Origin: Acidimicrobiia bacterium
GTDB lineage: Bacteria; Actinomycetota; Acidimicrobiia; Spongiisociales; UBA11373
NCBI GenBank assembly: GCA_030584185.1
Contig: CP129495.1
Location: forward strand, 1,469,469 to 1,533,468
Direction of reading: 5' to 3'
Length of the DNA: 64,000 nt
Shown: piece by piece, positions 30,439 to 40,214 of the stretch
Layout: the number at the start of each line of letters is the position of its first letter
How positions within the stretch are numbered: the stretch's first letter is position 1
The notes under the pieces: generated by a model
Seen by the model: the letters and a program-made list of their open reading frames with translations, nothing else
What the model was told of the DNA's origin: nothing
Database searches by the model: none
Position numbers and translations under genes: made by a program

Positions 30439-31677
30439 ATGCGCCTCCTCGTCGTCATGCTGTTCGGCGCCCTGCTGCTCTCGCCCAGCGCTTCGGCCCA
30501 GGACGCCGAGATGGCGGTGGACGTGGTGGTGGTCTCCGGTCCGATCGATGCCCGCACCGTGCGGTATGTGGAGGCGGCGATCGGGGACACCGACGCTGCC
30601 CTGGTCGTCCTGCAGTTGGACGCCGCCGCCGTCTTCGCCGACATCGACTCCCTGACGGCGCTTGTCGCCGATGCCGACGTTCCCGTCGCCGTCTGGGCCG
30701 GCCCCGCACCGGGGACCGTGCGTGGCGACGCCCTGCGCCTCCTGGCGGTGGCGCCGATCCGGGGCGCTGCGCCCGGAGTCGTGCTCGGGCCGGCGACTTC
30801 GGTGGCCGCGGGTGACGATGCGCCCGGCACCGGCCGTCTGCCGGTCGAGGTGCTCGAGGACGGAGTCGTCGTCGACGGGACCATCCCTGGGCTGGTCGAG
30901 TTCGTGGAACCGTCGATCGGTCAGTTCCTGGTCGGCCTCGACGGCGTAGAGGTCGTCGTCAACGGGGCACCCGTCGTACTCGACACCGCCGTCGAGGAAC
31001 TCGTTGACGGCGTACCTTCACTGAGGCCTGCCGGCACCGTTCGGTTCGTCGAGGAGGGGGTCCTGGATCGGGTGCTGCACACGGCTTTGCGGCCCGAGGC
31101 GGCATTCTTCTTCCTGCTCGCCGGTCTGGCTCTCGCCACCTTCGAGTTCTACGCCGTGGGGCCCGGGTTCGCCGCCGGGGTGGCAGTGTTGTTCACTCTC
31201 GAGGCCGGGTACGGACTGGCGGTGTTGCCGGTGTGGTGGCCTGCCCTCGCCCTGATCGCCGTCGGTGTGGGTCTGTTCGTCTGGGAGTTCCAGCGCAATG
31301 GCTTCGGTTGGCGAACGATCCTGGGAGCCGGAGCGCTCATGTGGGCCGGTCTCGGATTCACCGCCGGTGCGGATGGGATCACCCCTTCATGGTGGGTCGT
31401 GTCCCTCACCGTCTTGGGAACGACGACGTTCTTCGGCTTCGCCCTGACGGCGGCGGCACGGGCGCGCTTCTCCACCCAGACGGTGGGGCGGGAGCATCTG
31501 ATCGGTCGAACCGGCGTCGCCGTCGGTGCCATCGCACCCATGGGAGAGGTGAGCCTGGATGGTTCTCATTGGCGGGCCCGCTCGACCAGGCGCTCGGGTA
31601 TCGACCCGGGCGATGAGGTCGTGATCGTGGGCATCGACGGGATCGTGCTCGAGGTGGATCCGGCCCCTCAGTCGTGA
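30439..31677 (+). CDS. NfeD-family membrane protein (ClpP-like periplasmic serine-protease domain + TM region + C-terminal OB-fold)
   Basis: It has a signal peptide, a ClpP-like N-domain, about five TM helices, and a C-terminal OB segment GEVSLDGSHWRARS...DEVVIVGIDGIVLEV typical of NfeD. Confidence 0.8.
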   Translation: MRLLVVMLFGALLLSPSASAQDAEMAVDVVVVSGPIDARTVRYVEAAIGDTDAALVVLQLDAAAVFADIDSLTALVADADVPVAVWAGPAPGTVRGDALRLLAVAPIRGAAPGVVLGPATSVAAGDDAPGTGRLPVEVLEDGVVVDGTIPGLVEFVEPSIGQFLVGLDGVEVVVNGAPVVLDTAVEELVDGVPSLRPAGTVRFVEEGVLDRVLHTALRPEAAFFFLLAGLALATFEFYAVGPGFAAGVAVLFTLEAGYGLAVLPVWWPALALIAVGVGLFVWEFQRNGFGWRTILGAGALMWAGLGFTAGADGITPSWWVVSLTVLGTTTFFGFALTAAARARFSTQTVGREHLIGRTGVAVGAIAPMGEVSLDGSHWRARSTRRSGIDPGDEVVIVGIDGIVLEVDPAPQS

Positions 31678-31746
31678 CAGGATTTCCCTGGCGGCCGCTC
31701 GGGCGCGGTGGTACCGTCCCGCGCCGCCAACAGGGAGGATGTCACA

Positions 31747-32052
31747 GTGGGCGACGCGATCGCTGCCGCCGATCGGTCCTGGCAGGGCAAGGGTCTGTGT
31801 CGGGGCAACCACGCCTACCTGTTCTTTCCTCCGAGTACCGTCGAGCGCAAAGAGGACCGTGAGAGGCGGGAGCACAAGGCCAAGGCGATCTGTGGCGTGT
31901 GTCCGGTGACTTCCGAGTGCATGGAGTTCGCACTGGAGATTCGTGAGCCCTACGGCATCTGGGGCGGGCTCACGGAGACTGAGCGGCGCCAGGTGGCGAG
32001 TCGGCGGGCGGCGGCGGTAGGAGTCGGCGCAGATCTCCGCTACGGCGGGTGA
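31747..32052 (+). CDS. whiB: WhiB-family (Wbl) iron-sulfur transcription factor
   Basis: It has four Cys (C-x22-C-x2-C-x5-C), with CRG...ELFFP-like upstream and GIWGG downstream. AGGGAGG lies 8 nt before the GTG at 31747. The track ORF starts at 31708. Confidence 0.8.
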   Translation: MGDAIAAADRSWQGKGLCRGNHAYLFFPPSTVERKEDRERREHKAKAICGVCPVTSECMEFALEIREPYGIWGGLTETERRQVASRRAAAVGVGADLRYGG

Positions 32053-33778
32053 CCCCGGCCCGGTCCATCCACTCCAACAACGGGATGGCGTGCTTGCGGC
32101 TGATCTCGAGGGCGTCGCGGAAGTCGGCCACCGAGAACTCCTCGGGAAGGGCCTTCAGCGACTCGGTCAAGCCGGCGATGGTCTCGGGCAGGTAGAGAAG
32201 GTCCTCGGACACCGCCACCAGGTCACCCCTTCTCAGCAGGGCGTGGATCAGTTCCTCGTCGAGACCCAATTCGCCCCGGCGCGGCGGGGCGGCTCCCGCC
32301 GCCTCCAGGGTCTTTCTCACCGGCTGCCATGCGGCATCTGAGGACTCGTCGAGCCCGCCTCCGAACCCGACGAGGTGCACCACGGCACCGTTTCGGGCCA
32401 GCCGATCGGACCAGGTGACCACGGCCTCGAGGAGCGGAGCCGGGAGCCGCAGCGAGGTGGCCAGCGTGGGCAGCGGCATTCCCGGACGCAGCGGATTCTC
32501 CCGGTGGTACCGATCGAGACGGTCGACGGCGGCCGATTCGATCCGTCGCGCCTCATCGCCGGTGGTCGCCAGGTCGCCTGCCATCAGGGCGGGATCCGGA
32601 GTTCCACCCCCTGAGTCGGCGGCCAGCTCGCCGAGGGTTGCGCTCCGGCGGGTCGCCAGGAGGGCGTCCGCCCTTTCGTCGGGGGTGGCGGCGGTGCGTA
32701 GCCTCGGTAGCGACTCGATCACCTGACGCCGACGAGGGGGCGGTCGCGGGTCGAGCACCACGCCACCGGCGACGACAGCACGGCGCCCCACCTCGCGCAA
32801 CACGACGTGTTGTCCAGCCGCAACCGGTACCGGGGTGGCGAGGCGGAGTAGTGCTGCGCCCGGTGGGTCGTCGACCAGGGAGAGGCGAGCCGGATGCGAT
32901 CCACTGCCGATGTGGACGTGGAAGGACCCCCTGTCTCGAAGCGGTCCCGACGGACTGCGTACCAGCCGCAGGTCGACCACGATCCGATCCGACGAACGCC
33001 ACCGTCCCGGGAGGCCGAGCATGGCGCCGCGCGCCACCTCATCCCTTCCGACCCCGGCGAGGTTCACCGCCGCTCGGTTGCCGGGGGTGATCGAGGGCAT
33101 CGGCCGATCGTGGTTGTGCAGGCCGCGGACCCGCACCTCGCGTTCGTCCGGGTACAGCATCAGCACGTCGTCCACCGAGATGGTTCCCCCGACGAGGGTG
33201 CCGGTGACGACGGTTCCGGCGCCGCCGATGGTGAACGCCCGGTCCACCCACAGACGGGGTCGGTGGAGGTCGGGGGCGGGCGCCACCAGGCCGGCGAGGG
33301 CGGTGCGCAGAGCCTCCAGGCCTTCGCCGCGGGGAGCCGCCACCGGGAGGATGGCCACTCCCTCCAGGGAGGTTCCCGCCAGCTGCTCGGCCACTTCGAT
33401 CTCGGCCAACTCCAGGGTCTCGGAATCCACCAGGTCTGCTCGGGTGAGCGCCACCACGCCGCGGTCGACACCGATGAGGTCGAGGATCGCCAGGTGCTCC
33501 TCTGACTGGGGCATCCACCCCTCGTCGGCAGCCACCACGAACAGGGCGGCGTCCACACCTTCGACCCCGGCCAGCATGTTCTTGATGAAGCGCTCGTGAC
33601 CGGGGACGTCGATGAACCCGGTCTCGAGACCGCCTAGATGCGTCCAGGCAAAGCCGAGGTCGATGGTCATGCCCCGGCGGCGCTCCTCGGCCCAGCGGTC
33701 CGGATTCCTCCCGGTGAGGGCCTCGACCAGCGTCGACTTGCCGTGGTCCACGTGGCCCGCGGTGACGACTACCGGCAT
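31970..33778 (-). CDS. selB: Selenocysteine-specific elongation factor SelB
   Basis: It has a GTPase N-terminus (AGHVDHGKSTL, DVPGHERF), EF-Tu-like domains and a long C-terminal winged-helix extension. It is 602 aa. Confidence 0.9.
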   Translation of the reverse strand: MPVVVTAGHVDHGKSTLVEALTGRNPDRWAEERRRGMTIDLGFAWTHLGGLETGFIDVPGHERFIKNMLAGVEGVDAALFVVAADEGWMPQSEEHLAILDLIGVDRGVVALTRADLVDSETLELAEIEVAEQLAGTSLEGVAILPVAAPRGEGLEALRTALAGLVAPAPDLHRPRLWVDRAFTIGGAGTVVTGTLVGGTISVDDVLMLYPDEREVRVRGLHNHDRPMPSITPGNRAAVNLAGVGRDEVARGAMLGLPGRWRSSDRIVVDLRLVRSPSGPLRDRGSFHVHIGSGSHPARLSLVDDPPGAALLRLATPVPVAAGQHVVLREVGRRAVVAGGVVLDPRPPPRRRQVIESLPRLRTAATPDERADALLATRRSATLGELAADSGGGTPDPALMAGDLATTGDEARRIESAAVDRLDRYHRENPLRPGMPLPTLATSLRLPAPLLEAVVTWSDRLARNGAVVHLVGFGGGLDESSDAAWQPVRKTLEAAGAAPPRRGELGLDEELIHALLRRGDLVAVSEDLLYLPETIAGLTESLKALPEEFSVADFRDALEISRKHAIPLLEWMDRAGVTRRSGDLRRLLPPPPADSPPGAAQSP

Positions 33779-35094
33779 GCGGCGGCCAGGGCTCCGGCTA
33801 CGACGGCGTCATGTCGCGCGTCCACCGCCCGCAGGTCGATGAGCAGGCGGTCCCGATCGAGGCGTCCGACCACGGGAGGATCGGAGGCGAGCAGGCGGGC
33901 CCGCACCTCGGCGGCGTCGCCGGGTACGACGATCACCGGTCCCGGGATCCCCCGCCCCGGGGCCGAACCCGCACCGGGAAGCGACCGATCATCGGTGACC
34001 TCGCCGACTCCGGCAGTCGCGACCACGGCCCGGCATCGCCGGTCGAGCTCGTCGGCATGAATGGTCGCCATCGCCCAGAACGGGACCTCGCCTCCACGAC
34101 CGGCGGCGTAAAGGCTCAGCGTCGCCGCCAGCGATGCCAGCGCCTCCTTGGAGATGCGCACGGCGCGCGCCATCGGATGGCCGCTGATCCTTCGCACCAG
34201 GGCAGCCTTCCCGGCGATGATTCCGGCCTGCGGACCGCCGAGGAGCTTGTCGCCCGAGAACAACACCAGGTCGGCTCCCGCCTCGAGCGTCTGCCTGGCT
34301 GCAGGCTCGCCCTCCAGCCAGGCCGGCGGCGGGCCCTCCAGCCAGGGGAGGCGCTCGTCGAGAAGGCCGGACCCGATGTCGGCGACGAAGGGAACCTCCC
34401 GTGACCGGGCGAGGTCGGCCAGTGCCCCGTAGGACACCTCCTCGGTGAACCCCTCTACCCGGAAGTTGGACGGGTGCACCTTCAGGATCAGGGAGGCGTC
34501 GTCGAGGACCCGGGCGTAGTCGCGCAGCCGGGTGCGGTTGGTGGTGCCCACCTCGATGCTGCGGGCACCGGCGGTGGCGATGATCTCGGGTAGGCGGAAC
34601 GACCCGCCGATCTCGATCTGCTCCCCGCGAGACGACACGACGTTCCTGCCCCCGGCGAGAGCGGCCACGGTGAGCAGGAGCGCACCGGCGTTGTTGCCCA
34701 CGGCGAGTGCCGCCTCGCCCCCGGTGAGGGAGCGCAGCAGTGCCTCCACGTACTCGCCGCGACCCCCCCGCTCTCCCGTGTCGAGGTCCATCTCCAGGGC
34801 CGAGTACCCGCCGGCCGCCGCCGCGGCGGCAGCAGCCGCATCGGGATGAACCGGCGCCCGACCCAGATTGGTGTGGAGCAGCACGCCGGTGGCGTTGATC
34901 ACCGGTTCCGGCGCCGTGCGCCGTAGTCGCGCCATTTCGATTCGGGCGCGGTCCTCCGGATCGCCTTCGCCGTCGACCCTCCACTCGGCTATCGCCTGGC
35001 GCGCCACCTCGATCACGAGCCGTCGGGGAAGCGTGCCGTCGTCGATGACGCGAGCCAGGGCGTCCACCGAGGGTGGATGGGAGGACATGGGCAC
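33769..35094 (-). CDS. selA: L-seryl-tRNA(Sec) selenium transferase SelA
   Basis: It has the PLP-dependent SelA motifs (INATGVLLHTNLGRAP, FSGDKLLGGPQAG) and overlaps the selB start by 10 nt. Confidence 0.9.
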   Translation of the reverse strand: MPMSSHPPSVDALARVIDDGTLPRRLVIEVARQAIAEWRVDGEGDPEDRARIEMARLRRTAPEPVINATGVLLHTNLGRAPVHPDAAAAAAAAAGGYSALEMDLDTGERGGRGEYVEALLRSLTGGEAALAVGNNAGALLLTVAALAGGRNVVSSRGEQIEIGGSFRLPEIIATAGARSIEVGTTNRTRLRDYARVLDDASLILKVHPSNFRVEGFTEEVSYGALADLARSREVPFVADIGSGLLDERLPWLEGPPPAWLEGEPAARQTLEAGADLVLFSGDKLLGGPQAGIIAGKAALVRRISGHPMARAVRISKEALASLAATLSLYAAGRGGEVPFWAMATIHADELDRRCRAVVATAGVGEVTDDRSLPGAGSAPGRGIPGPVIVVPGDAAEVRARLLASDPPVVGRLDRDRLLIDLRAVDARHDAVVAGALAAACR

Positions 35095-35851
35095 AGCCTA
35101 CCGATGGCCCTATATTCGCCTGGTGGAACCGGCCGCCATCCCGGACGTCGTCCCCAGCCCAGCAGCAACGGTCATCGCACTGCGCAGGGTCTCGGGAGGG
35201 TTCGAGGTGCTCCTGGTGCGGCGGGCGCGAGAGGCCCGCTTCATGGGTGGGGCCCGAGTGTTTCCCGGTGGAGGGGTGGACGAGGTGGACCGAGGTCCGG
35301 CGGCTTCGGCTGCGGTGCGCTGGTCAGGTGATCCCGATGAGCTGCCGTGGAGGGCCGCGGCCCTGCGTGAGTTGGCCGAGGAGGCCGGGCTGCTCCTCAC
35401 AGATCGGCCGGTCTCGGTGGACGGCCTGTCCGGAGCCGGTCTCTATGACGCCATCGTCGCCGCCGGCGCCCGGTTCGATGCCGACACCCTGGTCTACCTG
35501 AGCAACTGGGTGACACCGCGCGGCCTGCCGAGAAGGTTCGACGCCCGCTTCTACGTGGTGGAAGTGCCTGCCGGGACGGTGGCGGTCTCGGACCGCGTCG
35601 AGGTGTACGACGCCGCCTGGGTGACGCCGGCTGCGGCCATCGCCGCCGCCGAGGAGGGCGCCTGGTACGTGGAGCACCCCACCCGGGTCCACCTGGAGAT
35701 GCTCGCCGCCGAGTCCGGCATCGATGAGGTGCTGGCCATGGCCCGCAGCCGGCCTGCCGAGCGGATCGAACCCCGCATCTACCTGGACGAGGCGGGCGAG
35801 TGGTCGATCGCCATGCCCGGCGACCCCGGATACGGCGAGGTCACGCCATGA
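35087..35851 (+). CDS. NUDIX hydrolase
   Basis: It has the internal start MGTAYRWPY and a Nudix box (RELAEEAGLLL). Its C-terminal half is unrelated to known Nudix families that I can name. Confidence 0.7.
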   Translation: MGTAYRWPYIRLVEPAAIPDVVPSPAATVIALRRVSGGFEVLLVRRAREARFMGGARVFPGGGVDEVDRGPAASAAVRWSGDPDELPWRAAALRELAEEAGLLLTDRPVSVDGLSGAGLYDAIVAAGARFDADTLVYLSNWVTPRGLPRRFDARFYVVEVPAGTVAVSDRVEVYDAAWVTPAAAIAAAEEGAWYVEHPTRVHLEMLAAESGIDEVLAMARSRPAERIEPRIYLDEAGEWSIAMPGDPGYGEVTP

Positions 35852-36621
35852 GGATCGAGTTGGTCCTGGCTCCGAATCCGGGCCCCATGACCGGCCCCGG
35901 CACCAACTGCTGGGTCGTCTCTTCTGGCGGCGAAGCCGTCGTTATCGACCCCGGTCCCGACGAGCCGGCACACAGGGAGGCGATCGTCGACGCCTCGACC
36001 GGCCTGACCGTTGCCGCCGTCCTCGTCACCCACCTCCACCCGGACCACACCCCTCTGGCCAACCCCTTGGGGGTGTTGCTCGGGGCGCCGGTCATGGGTG
36101 CCGCTTCGGGGCCCGGCTTCGACCCGGACAGGACGCTCGCCGACGGCGACCGCGTGGAGTTCGGTGATCGGTCGCTGGAGGTGATCGCGACCCCGGGGCA
36201 CACACCCGACTCGCTGTCGTATCGGGTCGACGACAGGTTGTTCACCGGGGATCACATCATGGGAGGGTCGACGGTGATCGTGGAGGACATGGCGCAGTAC
36301 ATGGAGTCGTTGCGCAAGGTCCTGGGAATCGGGGTGGAGGCGATCCACCCGGGACACGGTCCGGTGCTCGACCGTCCCGACGATGTCGTGGCCGAGTACC
36401 TCGCCCATCGTCTGGAGCGTGAACGGCAGGTCCTGGAGGCCGTGCGGTCGGGCGCCGGGAGCGTCGGCGCCGTGGTGGAGCGCGTGTACGCCGACGTCGA
36501 TCGGGGGCTCCACGCCGCGGCCGCCATCTCGGTCGAGGCGCATCTGCGAAAGTTGGCCGGCGATGCCCTGGTGCGGTTCCACGGTGCCGGGTGGCATGCC
36601 CCTGTGGAGCCCGTGCCATGA
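35848..36621 (+). CDS. MBL-fold metallo-hydrolase
   Basis: It has THLHPDHT, ATPGHTPDS and GDH, and an ATGA overlap with the NUDIX stop. Confidence 0.85.
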   Translation: MRIELVLAPNPGPMTGPGTNCWVVSSGGEAVVIDPGPDEPAHREAIVDASTGLTVAAVLVTHLHPDHTPLANPLGVLLGAPVMGAASGPGFDPDRTLADGDRVEFGDRSLEVIATPGHTPDSLSYRVDDRLFTGDHIMGGSTVIVEDMAQYMESLRKVLGIGVEAIHPGHGPVLDRPDDVVAEYLAHRLERERQVLEAVRSGAGSVGAVVERVYADVDRGLHAAAAISVEAHLRKLAGDALVRFHGAGWHAPVEPVP

Positions 36622-37790
36622 GGCGCCTCGCCGCCATCCTGTCCCTGGCCCTGCTGGCCGTCGGCCTCCCCGCGCTCGCCGATGTCTCTCAGGGCGACGT
36701 CGATGAGGCGCGCCAGAGGCTGCGCCAGGTGAACGAACAGCTGGCCGAGGAGGTCGCCGCATACGACTCCGCCGTTTCCCAGGAGGCCGTTCTCCGGGAC
36801 CGGCTCGACCGGCTGCTGGTGGAGCTGACGGCGCGAGAGCGGGAGCTGGTGGCGGCCCGCCGGGCGGCGCGCGACCGGGTCGCCGAGATGTACATGACCG
36901 CCGGGGCGGGAACTCCAGACGGGTCGACCGCCGGCGACTTCGGTCGGCTTCCGACCAGATACGTCTATCTGGAGTCGGTGTCGCAGACGGATCGAGGGGT
37001 GGTCAACCGGCTCGAGGCTTCCCGAAGGGACTACGAGCATCAGCGACAGCTCGTGGAGGAGGCGGTGGTCGATCAGGAGTCGCTGCGCGGCGAGATGGAG
37101 GAGTTGCTCGACCACATCTACTCCGAGCTGGAGACGGCCAACGCCGAGTATCAGGCGGTGAAGGCGGAGTGGGAGGCGCAGGAGGCGGAGCGGATCCGGC
37201 GCGAGGAGGAGGAGAGGCGACTTCGCGAGTTTCTCGCCACCTCTACGACCACCCGAGCGACCACGACGACCACCGCCCCGGCGGTCACCACCACGGCCCA
37301 GACGACCTCGTCATCCGGAGCGACGACCACACAACCGGTGACCACGACGACCGAGGCGCCTGCGCCCACGACCACGCTGCCGCCTTCCCCGCCGGGCACC
37401 AGGGTGTGCCCGGTGGACGGCGCCACCACCTTCACCGACTCCTGGGGTGATCCCCGCCCCGGGGGCCGCACCCACACCGGCACCGACCTGCTGGCCGCAG
37501 AGGGGACCCCTCTGGTGGCGATCGAGGCCGGCGCAATCTGGAGCCCGGGGTGGCACTCGGCCGGAGGTCTCGGTCTCTACATCAAGGGCGAGTCGGGCGA
37601 CACCTGGTACTACGCCCACCTCAGCGCCTACGTGAGCGGGCTCGTGGATGGGATGCCGGTGGAGGCCGGCCAGCGCGTCGGGTACGTCGGTCAGACCGGA
37701 AACGCTTCGACGCCGCATCTTCACCTGGGGTGGCAGCCCGGCGGAGGTGCCTATCAGAATCCGTATCCGGTGGTGGCCGGTCTCTGCTGA
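36618..37790 (+). CDS. Secreted M23 (LytM) peptidoglycan endopeptidase with a long N-terminal coiled-coil and a Thr-rich linker
   Basis: It has a signal peptide, about 200 aa of heptad-like charged sequence, a TTTTRATTTTTAP linker, and an M23 core (HTGTDL...YAHL...STPHLH). Confidence 0.85.
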   Translation: MRRLAAILSLALLAVGLPALADVSQGDVDEARQRLRQVNEQLAEEVAAYDSAVSQEAVLRDRLDRLLVELTARERELVAARRAARDRVAEMYMTAGAGTPDGSTAGDFGRLPTRYVYLESVSQTDRGVVNRLEASRRDYEHQRQLVEEAVVDQESLRGEMEELLDHIYSELETANAEYQAVKAEWEAQEAERIRREEEERRLREFLATSTTTRATTTTTAPAVTTTAQTTSSSGATTTQPVTTTTEAPAPTTTLPPSPPGTRVCPVDGATTFTDSWGDPRPGGRTHTGTDLLAAEGTPLVAIEAGAIWSPGWHSAGGLGLYIKGESGDTWYYAHLSAYVSGLVDGMPVEAGQRVGYVGQTGNASTPHLHLGWQPGGGAYQNPYPVVAGLC

Positions 37791-37843
37791 TGCCGACGAC
37801 TCCGGATCGCCTTTTTCCCTTGTTGGGTTAGCCTCCTGAAGGA

Positions 37844-38944
37844 ATGAATCGCCCTGCTCTGTCCCGACCGATCGTCGCCCTCGTCTCCCTCACCCTGGTG
37901 ATGCTGGTGGCGGCCCCGGCCTGGGGTGAGGTCACCAAGGCCCAGTTGAGCGAGGCCCGGGAGAAGGTGAACGAGCGCTCGGACAGCCTGGAGGAGCAGC
38001 TCGCCAAGATCGATGCCGTCCTCGTCCAGCAGGCGTTGTTCGAGGAGCGAATCGATCGCCTGCGCGAAGACATCGCCGAGCGGGAGCGCCAGATCGCCCT
38101 GTCGGCGTTTGCCGCTCGTGAGCAGGCGCGCGACATGTACGTAAACGCGGGCGCATCGGCGGTGACGGCGGCAGGCAGTCCGGAAACGATCACGGTTCTC
38201 GGCACCAAGGACGCCTACCTGGAAGCCGTCGTCGACATCGGTGTCGACGCCGTCAACCAGCTGGTGTTCCTGCAGCAGGACCGGCGCGCCCTCGAAGACC
38301 AGCTAGAGGCGCTGGTCGGACAGCAGGAGGATCTGGCCGCCGAGCTCTCGGCGGTGTCCAGCGAGATGATGCGGGAGCTCTCCGAGGCCAACGACGAGTA
38401 CCAGGTGCTGTACTCGCAGTGGGAGAAGGAGGAGGCGGAGCGCAGGCGCAAGGCGGCCGAGGAGGCGGCGCGAAGGAAGGCGGCGGCCGCCGCCGCCGCA
38501 GCCCGAGCCAACAACTACGCCTCCAGCGCCTTCGTGGACCCGAGCGGGCGAACCTGCCCCGTGGCAGGGGCCAACACCTTCCGCGACTCGTGGCTGGAGC
38601 CACGCCCGTACCGAAACGGGGTACACCACGGCACCGATCTGGTCGCCGCAGAAGGTACTCCGCTGGTCGCGATGGAAGCCGGCTACGTGTACTCGATGGG
38701 GTATCACTGGGCAGGCGGCAACGGGATCTACATCCGGGGCAACTCGGGCGACATCTACTACTACGCCCACCTCCAGAAGTTCGCCTCCGGGATCTCGACC
38801 GGCGACCGCGTCGGTGTGGCACAGACCATTGGATACGTGGGCTCGACCGGCGCATCCAGCATGCCGCACCTCCACCTGGGCTATCAGCCGGGTGGCGGCG
38901 CCCTGGTGAACCCGTATCAGCTGCTGCTCAAGCTCTGTCGGTAG
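37844..38944 (+). CDS. Secreted M23 (LytM) peptidoglycan endopeptidase, paralog of the upstream gene, with an Ala/Lys-rich linker
   Basis: It has the same architecture, and the M23 core (HHGTDL...YAHL...SMPHLH) is about 60% identical to the neighbouring gene. Confidence 0.85.
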   Translation: MNRPALSRPIVALVSLTLVMLVAAPAWGEVTKAQLSEAREKVNERSDSLEEQLAKIDAVLVQQALFEERIDRLREDIAERERQIALSAFAAREQARDMYVNAGASAVTAAGSPETITVLGTKDAYLEAVVDIGVDAVNQLVFLQQDRRALEDQLEALVGQQEDLAAELSAVSSEMMRELSEANDEYQVLYSQWEKEEAERRRKAAEEAARRKAAAAAAAARANNYASSAFVDPSGRTCPVAGANTFRDSWLEPRPYRNGVHHGTDLVAAEGTPLVAMEAGYVYSMGYHWAGGNGIYIRGNSGDIYYYAHLQKFASGISTGDRVGVAQTIGYVGSTGASSMPHLHLGYQPGGGALVNPYQLLLKLCR

Positions 38945-40115
38945 GCGCCCCCGCCGCCACGGCGTCGCCGGGAGTCGAACCCGAGAGCTGCTCCATGAGC
39001 ACGGCGATGCGGGCGGTGCAGGTTTCGTCGGCGGCGGGCGGCACCAGCTCCACCAGGCGGGTGGCCGCTGCGGCGAATGCTCGTGCCGACGGTGCCTCGG
39101 GATCGGCGACGACGACCGGCATCCCGCCGTCCCCGCCCTCGACGACGAGTGGGTCGAGGGGGATGGAGGCGAGCAGGGGGACGCCGAGGTCGTCGGCGAG
39201 TTCCTGGCCACCACCCTTCCCGAAGAGGTCGTAGTGCCGGCCGTCTTCGGTGGTGAACCCGGACATGTTCTCGATCACGCCGACCACCGGCATGTAGGAA
39301 CGGCGTGCCATGTCGGCGACGCGGGCGGCCACCTTCTGGGCGGCGCGCTGCGGCGTCGTCACCACCACCATCTCCGCCTGCGGCAGGAGCCGGGCGAGGG
39401 CCATCTGGACGTCGCCGGTGCCTGGCGGCATGTCGAGCACCAGGTAGTCGAGGTCCTGGGGCCAGGCGACATCCCGGAGGAACTGCTCGAGAGCCTTGCT
39501 CAGCATCAGGCCGCGCCACATCAACGCGGTCTCCTCGGTATCGACCAGAAGCCCGGTGGAGACGACGTGGATGCCGTGAGCCTGTGCGGGGACGATCTTG
39601 AGGTCCGAGTTCGCCTGCAGGCGATCGCCCGCCCCGACCATGCGGGGCACCGAGAAGCCCCAGATGTCGGCATCGAGAAGCCCGACGCGGTGCCCGGCCA
39701 TTCGCAGGGCCACGGCCAGGTTGACGCTCACCGACGACTTCCCCACTCCGCCCTTGCCCGATCCGACGGCGATGACCCGGGTCAGGGGGTTGACCATCGT
39801 CGGTTCTGCGTTCTCACGCGCACGGCGGCGGGCCACCGACATGAGTTCGGAGCGCTGTTCGGCGGTCATGGCGGTGGTGTGGACCTCGGTGGCGACGATG
39901 CCGGGCAGGGCGGTCACCTTGCGGCGCACGTCGGACTCGATCTGGTCCCGCATCGGGCAGGCGGCGATGGTGAGAGCGATCCCGACGCGGGCGATCCCGT
40001 CGGCGATCTCGATGTCGCGTACCATTCCCAGTTCCACGACGTCGGCACCCAACTCGGGGTCGACCACGCCGCGCAGGGCGGATTCGACGTCCTCGACGGT
40101 GGCGGTCTTGATCAT
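38928..40115 (-). CDS. mrp: Mrp/ApbC Fe-S cluster carrier P-loop ATPase (with N-terminal MIP18/DUF59 domain)
   Basis: It has the internal start MIKTATVED, a deviant Walker A (GSGKGGVGKSS) and a CxxC pair (DMPPGTGD...). The track ORF extends to 40520. Confidence 0.9.
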   Translation of the reverse strand: MIKTATVEDVESALRGVVDPELGADVVELGMVRDIEIADGIARVGIALTIAACPMRDQIESDVRRKVTALPGIVATEVHTTAMTAEQRSELMSVARRRARENAEPTMVNPLTRVIAVGSGKGGVGKSSVSVNLAVALRMAGHRVGLLDADIWGFSVPRMVGAGDRLQANSDLKIVPAQAHGIHVVSTGLLVDTEETALMWRGLMLSKALEQFLRDVAWPQDLDYLVLDMPPGTGDVQMALARLLPQAEMVVVTTPQRAAQKVAARVADMARRSYMPVVGVIENMSGFTTEDGRHYDLFGKGGGQELADDLGVPLLASIPLDPLVVEGGDGGMPVVVADPEAPSARAFAAAATRLVELVPPAADETCTARIAVLMEQLSGSTPGDAVAAGAPTDRA

Positions 40116-40214
40116 GACCTCAAGGTAGGCATCGCCGCTCCGGTACCGGAAGCGTCCACTGGTTAACGAGACGACCGGGCGTATACTTTCGCTCTCACAG
40201 GACGGGGAGCAACC

